NCBI GenBank assembly: GCA_963666985.2
Contig: CAXXIA010000002.1
Span: 1,728,001-1,792,000, forward strand
Origin: Spirochaetia bacterium
Lineage (GTDB): Bacteria > Spirochaetota > Spirochaetia > DSM-2461
DNA length: 64,000 nt
Direction of reading: 5' to 3'
In this document: one piece after another, positions 31,478 to 41,910 of the stretch
Position numbering within the stretch: the stretch's first letter is position 1
Layout of the letters: every line of letters starts with the position of its first letter
Made by a program: the position numbers and the translations under genes
The notes under the pieces: model-generated
Databases searched by the model: none
What the model saw: only the letters and a program-made list of their open reading frames with translations
Told to the model about the DNA's origin: nothing

Positions 31478-33187
31478 GTGTTCATTTTGGCAAAAAAAAG
31501 ATTTTGGGCGATAATAATCCTATTCTTTACTTTTTTGCTCTTTATTGCTCTCTCCGCCTTCTTGTTTCGCAAAGCGGCGATAGAGATTCTCCAAAATGAA
31601 GAAAAAGTCTTTTTAAACCGCGTGTCTTCGGTGGAGCTGCTGACCGGAAGCACCTCATCCACGGTTATGATGCTGAATGGGCAAATTCAATTTTCCCTGG
31701 AGAATCGGGATTCCATTGCGTTTGCGGATTTTGAGATTCTTCCCGGATGGGACGATTATTACGGAACATGGAGACTGAATATCTCGCAAAAGAAAGTCGA
31801 TATGTTCGGCAATCGTTCGATTAATGATTTTTCTTCGGACGATTGGGAAGAGATTCAGGCCATCAGATATTTGGGCGGAATGTTCGAAGATATAGACAGC
31901 CGCGTGAATAATCTTGCGTATTTATACTATTTGTCCGAAAGACATTTCGTTGTGATCGCTCCGCCTCCGCCACAGATGATGTCCGAAAAATTCGACGGTA
32001 TCTACAACTGTCCCTTTTGGACCGAAGCGATACCGGAAAATAATCTTGAGAAACGCATGATTGTAACTTCCGCCTATGCGGATCCGGGAGGCTTGGGAAA
32101 AATAATAACGCTCTCCTGCCCCGTGATGGCCAATGGAGTTTTTCGCGGAGTTACATGCATGGATATTACCTTGGGAACTCTGAACAGAAGCCTTACCTTG
32201 GGGAGCAGTTTTGGGAAAACATCGGTATTCGATGAAGGATTGAATGAAATTTTCAGCAATTCGAAGCTCATTTTCCATAAGGCCGGAGAAACAAAGAACT
32301 TTTGGGGCGAGTTCTCCGGAAACTACAATTCGCGGGAAAAACACTTTGTATTCAACCATTATCTGGTTAATCGGGAATTGCTTCTTCAGCACACACTGTC
32401 CAATTCTCTTCTGATGCGAAAAGCATTGGAAAAAATCATGTCCTCCATTTTGAACTTTGTCGCCGTTATCATCCTGCTGTTTTTATTGTTCCACTTGTAC
32501 CTTCATCTTCATCATACCCGGGAAGAAACAATTTTCATCCGCAGGCTGATTCGAATTATCGGACACGACCTTCAAACTCCCTTATCCGTGTCTCTTCAGG
32601 CATTGGAAATGTTGGAAAATGAATATATTCCGGAAGCGGCGACTCTGGCGAAACAATCGCTTTCTTCGGCCGTGCTTCTTCTGCGGGATCTTTCCTTTTG
32701 GGGAAAAAGCCGGACGAAAGAAATCAAGGTGAATAAACTTTCCTATCCTATAAACACCGCCGTGGAGCAGGCCGTAAATCCTGTTCGTTCCATAACGGAA
32801 ATGAAAAAGATCACTCTTGAACTTCACTTGGAGGATTCCGCAATTGAATTGGATCAGAATATTTTTTCCACCGTTTTGCGAAATTTAGTTTCCAACGCGG
32901 CCAAATTTACTCCGGCCGAAGGAAGGATTGTCATTTCCGGACACACAGGAAAAAAAGGTCTTTATTTGCTCTCCGTCAAAGACAGCGGTGTCGGCATGAG
33001 GGAAGATCAAATTCATGACTTTAGAAAGAACAAGTCTCTTAAAAGCGAAGCGGGAACCCGCGGCGAGAAAGGAACCGGCTTCGGTTTAAGTCTGGTTCGT
33101 TCTCTTTGTTCCCAGGTCGGCTGGCCGATCAGCGTTGAGAGCGTTCCAAACGAAGGAACCGTTTTTACGATTGCGATTCCGAAGTGA
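31478..33187 (+). CDS. Membrane sensor histidine kinase with Cache-like domain
   Basis: Two TMs; AYADPGG; H-box GHDLQTPL, NLVSNAAKFT, DSGVGM, GTGFGL. Confidence 0.9.
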   Translation: MFILAKKRFWAIIILFFTFLLFIALSAFLFRKAAIEILQNEEKVFLNRVSSVELLTGSTSSTVMMLNGQIQFSLENRDSIAFADFEILPGWDDYYGTWRLNISQKKVDMFGNRSINDFSSDDWEEIQAIRYLGGMFEDIDSRVNNLAYLYYLSERHFVVIAPPPPQMMSEKFDGIYNCPFWTEAIPENNLEKRMIVTSAYADPGGLGKIITLSCPVMANGVFRGVTCMDITLGTLNRSLTLGSSFGKTSVFDEGLNEIFSNSKLIFHKAGETKNFWGEFSGNYNSREKHFVFNHYLVNRELLLQHTLSNSLLMRKALEKIMSSILNFVAVIILLFLLFHLYLHLHHTREETIFIRRLIRIIGHDLQTPLSVSLQALEMLENEYIPEAATLAKQSLSSAVLLLRDLSFWGKSRTKEIKVNKLSYPINTAVEQAVNPVRSITEMKKITLELHLEDSAIELDQNIFSTVLRNLVSNAAKFTPAEGRIVISGHTGKKGLYLLSVKDSGVGMREDQIHDFRKNKSLKSEAGTRGEKGTGFGLSLVRSLCSQVGWPISVESVPNEGTVFTIAIPK

Positions 33188-33239
33188 AGAATCCCGGCGA
33201 CGCCTTGATTTCCCCGAAGCCCGGACGTACTTTAATGCC

Positions 33240-33848
33240 ATGAATCAATTCGGAAGGCAGCGAAGCGTCTCGTTTATACTGGTGGCGATCAACGTTGCCG
33301 TTTTTTTTATTACGTATCTTGTTCCCCGTTTAACGGCTTACATGGCCATTTCTCCCGTAGGTCTTCTGCGGTACCATTTTTTCTGGACGCCGCTGACCTA
33401 TATGTTCGCCCACGGAGGCTTCACCCACATCCTGTTCAACATGATCTTCCTGATCTTCGTGGGACCCGGCGTGGAGGCGCGGATGGGCAGCCGGGAGTTT
33501 CTGGCTTACTACCTGATTACGGGCGTTCTCGCGGGTCTTTTTTCAGTCTTCGCTTATCTCTTTGCCGGCTACAACGTCCCCATCGTGGGAGCTTCCGGTG
33601 CGCTTTATGCCGTGATGCTCGCCTTCGCCGCGTACTTTCCTCAGGCCCGATTCATGGTGTTTTACGTTCTGCCGATGCGGGCTCCTCTCGCGCTGGCCCT
33701 GTTCGCCGCCATCGACATTGTGTCGCATCTTCGCGGCGGAGTCGGCGTTGCGCATCTGACGCACCTGAGCGGTCTTGCCTTCGGATATCTGTATTTCCTG
33801 ATTCGGCTGAAGATGAATCCGATTCGGGCCATGAGGCTGCGGCGCTGA
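33240..33848 (+). CDS. Rhomboid family intramembrane serine protease
   Basis: HILFNM, GASG, AHLTHLSG. Confidence 0.92.
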   Translation: MNQFGRQRSVSFILVAINVAVFFITYLVPRLTAYMAISPVGLLRYHFFWTPLTYMFAHGGFTHILFNMIFLIFVGPGVEARMGSREFLAYYLITGVLAGLFSVFAYLFAGYNVPIVGASGALYAVMLAFAAYFPQARFMVFYVLPMRAPLALALFAAIDIVSHLRGGVGVAHLTHLSGLAFGYLYFLIRLKMNPIRAMRLRR

Positions 33849-33871
33849 AAAAACCGGCGGCCGCGGCGATC

Positions 33872-34522
33872 TTGGCCCTCGCCGTCGCGGCGACGGTTTC
33901 CGCCGAACCTCTTCGGCTGGAATTCTGGCTTCAGGAGGACCCCGTTTCTCTGGTGAGCCCCGGCGAAAGCAAACGCGAACCGGGTGAACTTTCCGAGCGG
34001 GAACGCCGGCAGTATGAAATTCTTCTTGACGACGCCCGCTGGACTTTTTCAGGGATGATTTACGGATTTGATATCCGCTGGACTCCCTCCTCGCGGGCCC
34101 GTGATGTTGAGGAAGAACTCACCGTAACGCCTCGGGCCCTTATTCCCAAGGAAGATTTTCGGATGAGGGCGGTTTCCTTTATCGAGGAAAACGGCTTTGT
34201 TTTCGTTCAGTTGGAATATCATCCCGACGACACGCAGGCGCGCCGAATTCAGGCCTGGAAGGGCGGGGGAAATCCGCAGGCCTCGGGATACGGTTCCGCC
34301 TCGATCTTTTTGGACAATTCCCGCCGCGCCGCCATGGAGCAGGCGATTAAAGAAGCGATTCGCGCCTGGCTTCGAGCCCGTGAATATAACAGACCGCGGG
34401 AAATTGAAGGGCGGGCGGCGTTTGTTTCGGCCCCCGAGACCGGTTTTCTGAGAGGAGAAACCCGGGCTTACGTAAATTTGAGCATGAGCCTGGAGCCTCC
34501 GCGGGCCTACCGCGCCGACTGA
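33872..34522 (+). CDS. Conserved hypothetical exported protein (start uncertain)
   Basis: 216-aa ORF following rhomboid; FSGMIYG motif. Confidence 0.55.
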   Translation: MALAVAATVSAEPLRLEFWLQEDPVSLVSPGESKREPGELSERERRQYEILLDDARWTFSGMIYGFDIRWTPSSRARDVEEELTVTPRALIPKEDFRMRAVSFIEENGFVFVQLEYHPDDTQARRIQAWKGGGNPQASGYGSASIFLDNSRRAAMEQAIKEAIRAWLRAREYNRPREIEGRAAFVSAPETGFLRGETRAYVNLSMSLEPPRAYRAD

Positions 34523-34926
34523 TTCTTTCCGTTTTACCGAATTCGGCCGCCGTTAAGATTGAATTTCTCATATTCCGCGAGATTTCAGCACCTTATCCAT
34601 CGTTTGGAAGAAGAACGATAAAGAATCGGAAAAGAAAGAAGACGACTTTTTCGTTCCCTTTGGCGGTTTCTCGAAAAAAAACCATAAATCAAGAATACTT
34701 TAGGCTTTGTCAGCTCTCCCGTGTCGGAAAAAACCATTGCTGTTTGGTATATAGCTACTAGTGTGGAATAACCAGGTAAAAATAAGTTGCGGTTTTAGTT
34801 GAACCGAACACATTTCTTCCTGAAAAGGCCGCAAATTAACCTTGTTTTATTTTGACGGATCTTATAATTTGTCAAAATAAAGGTGTTATACGCGGCGGGC
34901 GGCTGCTGCGTATTCGGGAGGTCGAA

Positions 34927-35151
34927 ATGAGACGTGGTATACCGACGATCAATTCGGAACGCTGCAAAGGCTGCGGCCTCTGTATCTCCAACTGTCCCAA
35001 GTCGATTTTGGTTAAATCGGAAGACATCAATTCTCAAGGCGCCTATTACACCCTCTGTATTGATGAAAACCGGTGCATTGCCTGCGGGGCATGCGCTTTG
35101 ATGTGTCCCGATTCGGCCATTGAAATTTTCGTTCCGGCGGAGGCTGTTTAA
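34927..35151 (+). CDS. 2[4Fe-4S] ferredoxin (delta subunit)
   Basis: CKGCGLCISNCP and CIACGACALMCP; SD GGAGG. Confidence 0.92.
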   Translation: MRRGIPTINSERCKGCGLCISNCPKSILVKSEDINSQGAYYTLCIDENRCIACGACALMCPDSAIEIFVPAEAV

Positions 35152-36230
35152 TGTCGCGAGTTGTTTTAATGAAAGGAAACGAGGCCTTGGCCGAAGCGGC
35201 GCTGATAGCCGGCTGCCGACATTATTTCGCGTATCCGATAACGCCGCAGAATGAGATTCCGGCGTACATGGCCCGGCGCCTGCCGGAGCTCGGCGGAACC
35301 TTTCTTCAGGCCGAAAGCGAATTGGCCGCCATCAGCATGGTTATGGGGGCCGCCGCCGCCGGGGTGCGGGTTATGACCAGTTCTTCATCGCCGGGAATTG
35401 CTCTGAAACAGGAAGGAATTTCCTATCTGGCCGGAGCGGAACTTCCGTGCGTCGTGGTGAATGTTATGCGCGGCGGACCCGGACTGGGCGGCATCGCCGG
35501 AGCCCAGGGTGATTATTTTCAAGCCACCCGCGGCGGCGGAAACGGGGATTATCGGACCATTGTGCTCACACCCGGCAGCGCTCAGGAATTGGCCGATTTC
35601 ACCATCCGCGCTTTCGACTTGGCCGACGAATACCGCATTCCGGTTTTGATTCTGGCCGACGGATACCTCGGGCAGATGTCCGAGCCGTTAAGGCTTCCCG
35701 AACCGTCGGGACGTATTTTCGAAAAGCCCTGGGCCGTTACCGGCGCCAAGGGACGAAAGAAAAATACCATTGCTTCACTGCGGCTTATCCCGGAGACGGC
35801 TCTGGAAGACCACAACCTGCACCTTAAGAAAAAATACGATGAGGTTGCCGAGGCGGTTCGGGATTTCGAAACGTACCGAACCGGGGATGCCGATTGGCTG
35901 ATTGTCGCTTACGGGACCGCCGCCCGGGTGGCGAGAAAGGCCGTCGACCGTTTGCGGGCGGATGGGATTCGGGCCGGCCTGTTCCGGCCCAAAGCCGTCT
36001 GGCCTTTCCCCGACAGGGAATTAAAAGAGCTGGCCGAACGCGCAAGGCGTGTTTTGACGGTGGAAATGAGTCTTGGTCAGCTTGTCGAGGATGTCCGCCT
36101 GGCGGTGGAAGGCATCGTCGGGGTTGACCTTTACGGCCGGGCCGGAGGCGCCGTTCCCGCCGTGGACGAGATTATCGGAAGAGTGAGGGATTATGAGCGG
36201 CAAAACTACGCCCATGTACGCGCGTCCTGA
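35151..36230 (+). CDS. vorB: 2-oxoacid:ferredoxin oxidoreductase alpha subunit (VorB-like)
   Basis: MKGNEALA, YPITPQ, QAESE, TSSSSPG, RGGPGLG. Confidence 0.88.
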   Translation: MSRVVLMKGNEALAEAALIAGCRHYFAYPITPQNEIPAYMARRLPELGGTFLQAESELAAISMVMGAAAAGVRVMTSSSSPGIALKQEGISYLAGAELPCVVVNVMRGGPGLGGIAGAQGDYFQATRGGGNGDYRTIVLTPGSAQELADFTIRAFDLADEYRIPVLILADGYLGQMSEPLRLPEPSGRIFEKPWAVTGAKGRKKNTIASLRLIPETALEDHNLHLKKKYDEVAEAVRDFETYRTGDADWLIVAYGTAARVARKAVDRLRADGIRAGLFRPKAVWPFPDRELKELAERARRVLTVEMSLGQLVEDVRLAVEGIVGVDLYGRAGGAVPAVDEIIGRVRDYERQNYAHVRAS

Positions 36231-37050
36231 AGCATTAAAGGATGTCAGAACCCATTACTGCGCCGGCTGCGGCCACGGGATCATTCAAAAACTGGTTGCC
36301 GAAGCCCTGGATGAGCTCGGCGTACGGGAAGAGACGATTGTCATCGGCCCGGTGGGGTGCTCGGTTCTGATTTACAACTATCTTGAGGTTGACGGTCTTG
36401 AGGCCGCTCACGGCCGGGCTCCTGCCGTGGCCACGGGATTGAAGCGGGCCAGACCCGACAAGCTGGTTATTTCCTATCAGGGCGACGGTGATTTACTGGC
36501 GATCGGCACGGGAGAAACGGTTCATGCCGCGAATCGCGGAGAAAACATTTCGGTGATTTTCGTGAACAACGCCATCTACGGAATGACCGGCGGCCAAATG
36601 GCTCCCACGACCTTGGAGGGACAGAAAACCAAAACGTCTCCGGCCGGACGAAATCCTCTTGATGTGGGATTTCCGATAAGGGCCTGCGAAATGCTGGATA
36701 CTCTGGAGGCTCCGGCCTATATCGAACGTGTTTCCGTTCATAATCCGGCGGCCGTGAGGAAGGCGAAAAAGGCCGTATCCAAAGCCTTGCGCTATCAGAT
36801 GGAGGGCCGGGGGTATTCCTTCGTGGAAGTGCTTTCCATGTGTCCCACCAACTGGGGGATTGATCCGGTGCGGGCGGCCGAGTGGGTAAAGGATGCCATG
36901 ATTCCCTGGTATCCCCTGAATGTTTTTCGGGACAGGCCCGCGGCGGAATCGGGTGAGGCCGCAGCGCCGGCAGGCGGGGGCGCAAGCGCGGGCGTTCGCG
37001 CCGAATCGGCGAAGAATAACGGTTTTGCCGTTGAGGAAAAAGCATCATGA
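36193..37050 (+). CDS. 2-oxoacid:ferredoxin oxidoreductase beta (TPP-binding) subunit
   Basis: HYCAGCGHG, HGRA, YQGDGD..NN.IYGMTGGQ. Confidence 0.9.
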   Translation: MSGKTTPMYARPEALKDVRTHYCAGCGHGIIQKLVAEALDELGVREETIVIGPVGCSVLIYNYLEVDGLEAAHGRAPAVATGLKRARPDKLVISYQGDGDLLAIGTGETVHAANRGENISVIFVNNAIYGMTGGQMAPTTLEGQKTKTSPAGRNPLDVGFPIRACEMLDTLEAPAYIERVSVHNPAAVRKAKKAVSKALRYQMEGRGYSFVEVLSMCPTNWGIDPVRAAEWVKDAMIPWYPLNVFRDRPAAESGEAAAPAGGGASAGVRAESAKNNGFAVEEKAS

Positions 37051-37607
37051 GCGATACGGAAGAAATCATTATCGCCGGTTTCGGCGGTCAGGGAGTGCTC
37101 CTGGCCGGAAAGCTTCTCTGTGTCGCGGCGATGAGGGAGGAGCGGCATGTTTCTCACATTCCTTCTTACGGCGCGGAGATGCGCGGCGGAACCGCCAACT
37201 GTTCCCTCGTTATCAGCGACGAAGAGATCGCGTCCCCTGTTATCGAACATCCCGGAGTTCTTATCGCCCTGAACGGGCCGTCGCTGGCCAAGTTCGAACC
37301 GAGAATCCGTCCGGGGGGGCTGGTGATCTGGAATGCGTCTTTAATAACGAAGGCGCCGAGCCGATCGGATCTAACGAGTGTCGGACTGAAGGCGACGGAC
37401 TTGTCCTTGGCGGAGGGTACCGAAAGAGGAGCCAACATGGCCGCCGTCGGTGCTTTATTGGCGCTGAAGCCGGACCTGGTTTCCCGTGCGGCGGTTGAAT
37501 CGGCGCTGGATGAGGTGATTTCCGCGAGGAACCGGAGTCATAATCCCGTGAATATTCGGATTCTGCGGGCCGGATACGAGGCGGCGGCGAACACCGTCGC
37601 CGTTTGA
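37047..37607 (+). CDS. 2-oxoacid:ferredoxin oxidoreductase gamma subunit
   Basis: AGFGGQG, SYGAEMRGGTANC. Confidence 0.92.
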   Translation: MSDTEEIIIAGFGGQGVLLAGKLLCVAAMREERHVSHIPSYGAEMRGGTANCSLVISDEEIASPVIEHPGVLIALNGPSLAKFEPRIRPGGLVIWNASLITKAPSRSDLTSVGLKATDLSLAEGTERGANMAAVGALLALKPDLVSRAAVESALDEVISARNRSHNPVNIRILRAGYEAAANTVAV

Positions 37608-37736
37608 AGCGCGGAGCCGGCCGATTCCGAAAGCGGGTTTTTCAGACTCCGCGGGCTAAGGTTCACCGAGGTTTCTCTGAAAGAGCCTTTAGCAGACTGT
37701 TGGAGAGCCGGGCTTTTCAGGCGACCGGAAAACACA

Positions 37737-38267
37737 CTATTCCAAGGCCCCGGCTTTGCGCAGCATTCTGAGCATTGACTCGTCCCGCGTGTAACGGTCC
37801 AGTTCCTTGATGGGAATCCATTTCAGATCATCCGATTCATGGCTGATCGTCAAAGGCCGATTCGAATCCGCGAAAAAGAGAAAACGGACATCATAATGAT
37901 CGTGAGTGCTTTCCTTGCCCCGCACCGGAATGGGATGAATATCCAAATCCAGAATTGGCGTCTCGGCTCGGCAGTCCCTCAGACCTGTTTCTTCTTCCGC
38001 CTCCCGGAGGGCCGCGGCTAAAAGGTTCGGGTTACCGTCCGCATGACCGCCGGGCTGCACCCAGAGACCCAGCTTGCGGTGCTTAACCAGCAGCACGAGA
38101 CTCCGTGAGTCATCCAGAATAAGCGAGGATGCGGTAAAATGGCCGGGACGGCAAGTTCGCCAGAAAGCATCCGGTTGTTCCAAGAGACGCCGGAATCGGG
38201 CAATCACGTTCGATTCTTCGGGATAGGTCCGTTCGTATTGATTCAGAGCATCCGGCAGAGTTTGCAT
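37737..38267 (-). CDS. NUDIX hydrolase
   Basis: GHFTAS, PGGHADG..ALREAEEETGL, HYDVRF. Confidence 0.92.
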   Translation of the reverse strand: MQTLPDALNQYERTYPEESNVIARFRRLLEQPDAFWRTCRPGHFTASSLILDDSRSLVLLVKHRKLGLWVQPGGHADGNPNLLAAALREAEEETGLRDCRAETPILDLDIHPIPVRGKESTHDHYDVRFLFFADSNRPLTISHESDDLKWIPIKELDRYTRDESMLRMLRKAGALE

Positions 38268-38275
38268 CAGTGTCC

Positions 38276-39211
38276 TTAATCGAAAATTTCCGCTGAGAAT
38301 GATACTAAAAAGAGCGTATCCCGATACAGATAGAGTTCGTCGCGAACTTGAACATACCGATTGACCGCGTCGATGTGACCGACATACAGATTCTCAAACT
38401 CCGAGGCCAAACCGATTTTTTTCGTCATGGCGATCGCACCCACGATGAAATCTTCCATTCCGACATTGACCGGCCCGTGAAAGCGGTTTTCACCGCCGTA
38501 TCCCAGTATGCCCAAGCCGCCGGCGCCGTCGGAGAGAAGCATTAAATGAACTTCTCGGTTCGCGGGCCAATGCACCGTTTCACCGTCTTTAAGCGCCATG
38601 GGAACCCAATGGTTGAAGACCAGATCTTTGTTCGCCTCGGCACGCTGCAGAATAAGCCCTTCGGAATCAGGCATTGCTTCGGGAACCAGACGGATTTTCC
38701 GCACGGCGGCGTTTTCCGCGGGATTATCGCCTTTCTTGTTCGCTTCCGCCGCGGTGCCGTCGGAATCGGTGTGTTTTGCCGCTTCGCTTCCGCATGCGAT
38801 CGCCTCGTCATCTTCTTCGGCGGAAAAGGCCAGAAAGGCCCCTTCAAGGGGAATCTCGGGCCGTCCGCTTAAAAGACTCATACTGAGCCGATTGCCTTGA
38901 GCCGACCATTCGTTTCCCGTCGCCGTATCCAGGTTTATAAGGAAGAGCTTTCCGTCCGAACCGAGATGAAAGCCCCGATAATCAGGATGGTTTTTCGGTT
39001 TCTTATCGGGAGAATCCGGAATAATCCACGTCGTTCCCGCCCAGTTTATCGAAACGGGTTTTCTTTCGGGAAGCGGAGCCGCCGCGGGAGGCGGTTCCGG
39101 AAGTTCTTCGGACGGCTCTTCAACACCGGCGCAGGATGATAACAGCGAGGAAAGGCCGATGGCCGCGGCGAAGAAAACCCGGAATAAGGCGTGAATCGGA
39201 TTCTTTTTCAT
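38276..39211 (-). CDS. Lipoprotein with a C-terminal META-like domain
   Basis: Lipobox LLSSC; GYGGENRFHG..IAMTKK; start reassigned to 39211. Confidence 0.6.
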   Translation of the reverse strand: MKKNPIHALFRVFFAAAIGLSSLLSSCAGVEEPSEELPEPPPAAAPLPERKPVSINWAGTTWIIPDSPDKKPKNHPDYRGFHLGSDGKLFLINLDTATGNEWSAQGNRLSMSLLSGRPEIPLEGAFLAFSAEEDDEAIACGSEAAKHTDSDGTAAEANKKGDNPAENAAVRKIRLVPEAMPDSEGLILQRAEANKDLVFNHWVPMALKDGETVHWPANREVHLMLLSDGAGGLGILGYGGENRFHGPVNVGMEDFIVGAIAMTKKIGLASEFENLYVGHIDAVNRYVQVRDELYLYRDTLFLVSFSAEIFD

Positions 39212-39438
39212 GGTTCCATTATCGGCAATGAGGTGCTTGAGAACAGTGCCGGCCGAACCGGATTTTCGCGGGATTGCCGTTCCGGGAATGCCCGCGGTCT
39301 TGCAGGTTCGGCCGGCGGGTTTGAGAATTTTTTTCCAGGCGCTCATCTGGATTACGCGGCGCTTAGCGCCGATTTGGGCCGACGGCAGCCGCCGTCCGCC
39401 GAAAGATATCGGCCGAAGGCGGTCCGTTGAAAAAAGAA

Positions 39439-40632
39439 TCACGCGCCTTTACGAATTACGTCGGCCAAAACCTTAACGGCGTTTCTTAACGTTTGCGGAT
39501 CGGCTTTTGTAAAATTCAGGCGCATCGACGGCGTTCCGAACTCAGGGTAAGCATAGAAATACTTCCCGGGTACGAAGGCGACATTCTTTTCAAGCGCCTC
39601 GGCGTACAGGGCACCGATGTCGGTTCCTTGAGGCCCCTCGGCCCAGACGAACATTCCGCCTTCCGGGCGGCTCCAACTCCAATCCGTCGGGAAGAATTCC
39701 TCCAGAGCGGAAAGCATGGAATCCAGCCGAGGTGCGTAATGGGCGACAATTTTCGGCAGCCGGCGTTCAAGGTGACCCTGTTCCATGTAGACCGCCGCCA
39801 TGGCCTGCCCGAGCGAGGAGGAATGAAGGTCGGTTCCCTGCTTCACTTTCACCATCCAGGTGGTCAGCTCTTCATTCGGCGCCGCGACCATGCCGAGACG
39901 CAGCCCCGGCGCAAAGATTTTGGAGAATGTCGTGGTGTACAGAACGTTTTGCGGCGCGAAGCTTTTAATCGCCGGAAGAGCTTCGCCGCGGTATCGTAAA
40001 GCGGCGTAAGGATCATCTTCAACCAGAAGGGCGCCGTGCCGCATTATAATTTCCGCGATGGCCTTACGCCGTTCCAAGGAAAGCGTTCGGCCTGTCGGGT
40101 TTTGGAACGTCGGCACCAAGTAGATGAATTTCGGGTGTTCGGTAAGGATTAAGTGTTCGATGGAATCAGGGACGGCGCCACCCTCATCGGTTTCGATCTC
40201 CACGTACCGGGGTTCGTAGGGATTGAACGCCTGGAGCGCGCCCAGGTATGTGGGTGATTCCACGGCCACCGCGTCGCCGCCGCCGATGAGCAGCTTGCCG
40301 ACTGCATCCAGCGTTCCTTGCGATCCGGAGGTAATCAGGAGTCCCGCCGCGTTCGTTTCCACGCCGTAACGCCGCAGATAAGGCGCCGCGGCTTCCCGAA
40401 GAGGGAGAAATCCTTCGGTCAAACCGTACTGGAACGCTTCGGATCCCCATCGGTTCAGCGACTCGGTGAAGAGATCTTCCAGGATTTCCATCGGGAATGT
40501 TTCGGGAGCGGGGATGCCGCCGGCAAGAGAAACCATGCCCGGCCGTCCGACAACCTTCAATATTTCTCGGATGGCGCTGGCGGCCATGGAGTTTGTTCGT
40601 GATGCGAGAAGAGAGGAAATATCCGGTTTCAT
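39439..40632 (-). CDS. PLP-dependent aminotransferase (class I, LysN/ARO8-like)
   Basis: SAIREILK, PTFQNPTG, EDDPY, TFSKIFAPGLRLG. Confidence 0.93.
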   Translation of the reverse strand: MKPDISSLLASRTNSMAASAIREILKVVGRPGMVSLAGGIPAPETFPMEILEDLFTESLNRWGSEAFQYGLTEGFLPLREAAAPYLRRYGVETNAAGLLITSGSQGTLDAVGKLLIGGGDAVAVESPTYLGALQAFNPYEPRYVEIETDEGGAVPDSIEHLILTEHPKFIYLVPTFQNPTGRTLSLERRKAIAEIIMRHGALLVEDDPYAALRYRGEALPAIKSFAPQNVLYTTTFSKIFAPGLRLGMVAAPNEELTTWMVKVKQGTDLHSSSLGQAMAAVYMEQGHLERRLPKIVAHYAPRLDSMLSALEEFFPTDWSWSRPEGGMFVWAEGPQGTDIGALYAEALEKNVAFVPGKYFYAYPEFGTPSMRLNFTKADPQTLRNAVKVLADVIRKGA

Positions 40633-40807
40633 GATGGGATTCTACAAAGGAAGAAAGAGCGAGGGAAGAGTCAGTTCCGCGGCGAATTTCACATAAAGTG
40701 TTTGAACCTCAAAGTAACCCGTTCGTGCCGGCGGCGGTTCTCAATTCCCGATTAGGACGGCTTTTCTTTCTGTCCGCGAAAGGCCGGCCATGGGAAAATT
40801 CTCTCGT

Positions 40808-41485
40808 TTATTGAGCCAAAGAGGCTTGGGACAAGAGCCGGATATCCTCGATGTTCAGTCCGATTTTTTTCTGCAGTTCGGACGAGGCATCCCGGATAAC
40901 GGCGTTATGGGTGAAATTGATCCCCACGGGGTTTTCGGTTTTATGGGCCGGATAAAAGATGAAGGCAAAATCATCGGGAACCAAAGTTTCTTCGAACATC
41001 CGGAGCGGATTTCCCGGTTCGCCGAGAAATGTTCCTTTACCGATGCCGCCGGTAATATAACGGTTGTCCAGTAAGGCTCTCGGCAGGTCTTGTTGAATTC
41101 GTTGACCGAGAGATACGGCTTTTTCCATGTTTTTGTCCAAATCTCCCGAGGAGAGGGCGGCTTTCACGTCGTTTTGATCAAGAATTCGCGAAACCTGATA
41201 GGGCGAGAAATCGGGCGGAATGGAAACCGCTATGAAGCCCGCGGCCGCGATGCCGAAAAGAGCCGAGGTCCATTCTGTTCGTGAATCGGGATGAACGGCG
41301 ATACGGTCGCCTTTTTGCAGTTTCAGAGCAAGGAACCAGGAACTCCATGCCGCCGCCTCTGTAAGCAAATGTGTATAGGTATATAAGGATGGAACGGCCG
41401 CGCATAAGGCCGGACGATCCGGCCATCTTTCGGCGGAGAGTAATAAAACATCCCGGAGAGTCAGTCGTAGGGAAGTCTGGGTCAT
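40808..41485 (-). CDS. Truncated/degenerate AMP-binding domain protein
   Basis: LQKGDRIA, degenerate P-loop FIFYPAHKTENPVG; only about 225 aa. Confidence 0.55.
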   Translation of the reverse strand: MTQTSLRLTLRDVLLLSAERWPDRPALCAAVPSLYTYTHLLTEAAAWSSWFLALKLQKGDRIAVHPDSRTEWTSALFGIAAAGFIAVSIPPDFSPYQVSRILDQNDVKAALSSGDLDKNMEKAVSLGQRIQQDLPRALLDNRYITGGIGKGTFLGEPGNPLRMFEETLVPDDFAFIFYPAHKTENPVGINFTHNAVIRDASSELQKKIGLNIEDIRLLSQASLAQ

Positions 41486-41910
41486 AAACGGTTTTTCTCC
41501 TTGATGCGAATTCACAAATCGCCGAATTCTGAACGGAAGCCCTTCAAAAGCGATTTCGGAAGGAATTCGATCATGGGATATATGCAAATTCATCATTTGT
41601 AAAATTGCCTTCTTTATCCGCGTTGCCTGATTCGTAAAGGTAGCGGCGGTAATGGTTTCCTTAATTAAGAAATGAGGGGATTTGTGTGTGTCTTTTATGA
41701 ATTCCGTTTGTTTCCGTAAAGACACCCCTTCATATAAAGGGGTTAATATAGAGAAAGCGTGATTTTGCGCGCTTATCAAACACAAATTCGGAGAAACCGG
41801 AGATTCCGGCCGTTAAAAACCTTGCGGGACGAACTCCGGCCGCGGATAAACGTGTTTGTGCCGTTTTTTACGGATGCCGGGATGGTTTATACTCTGAAGC
41901 GGAGGTTTTC

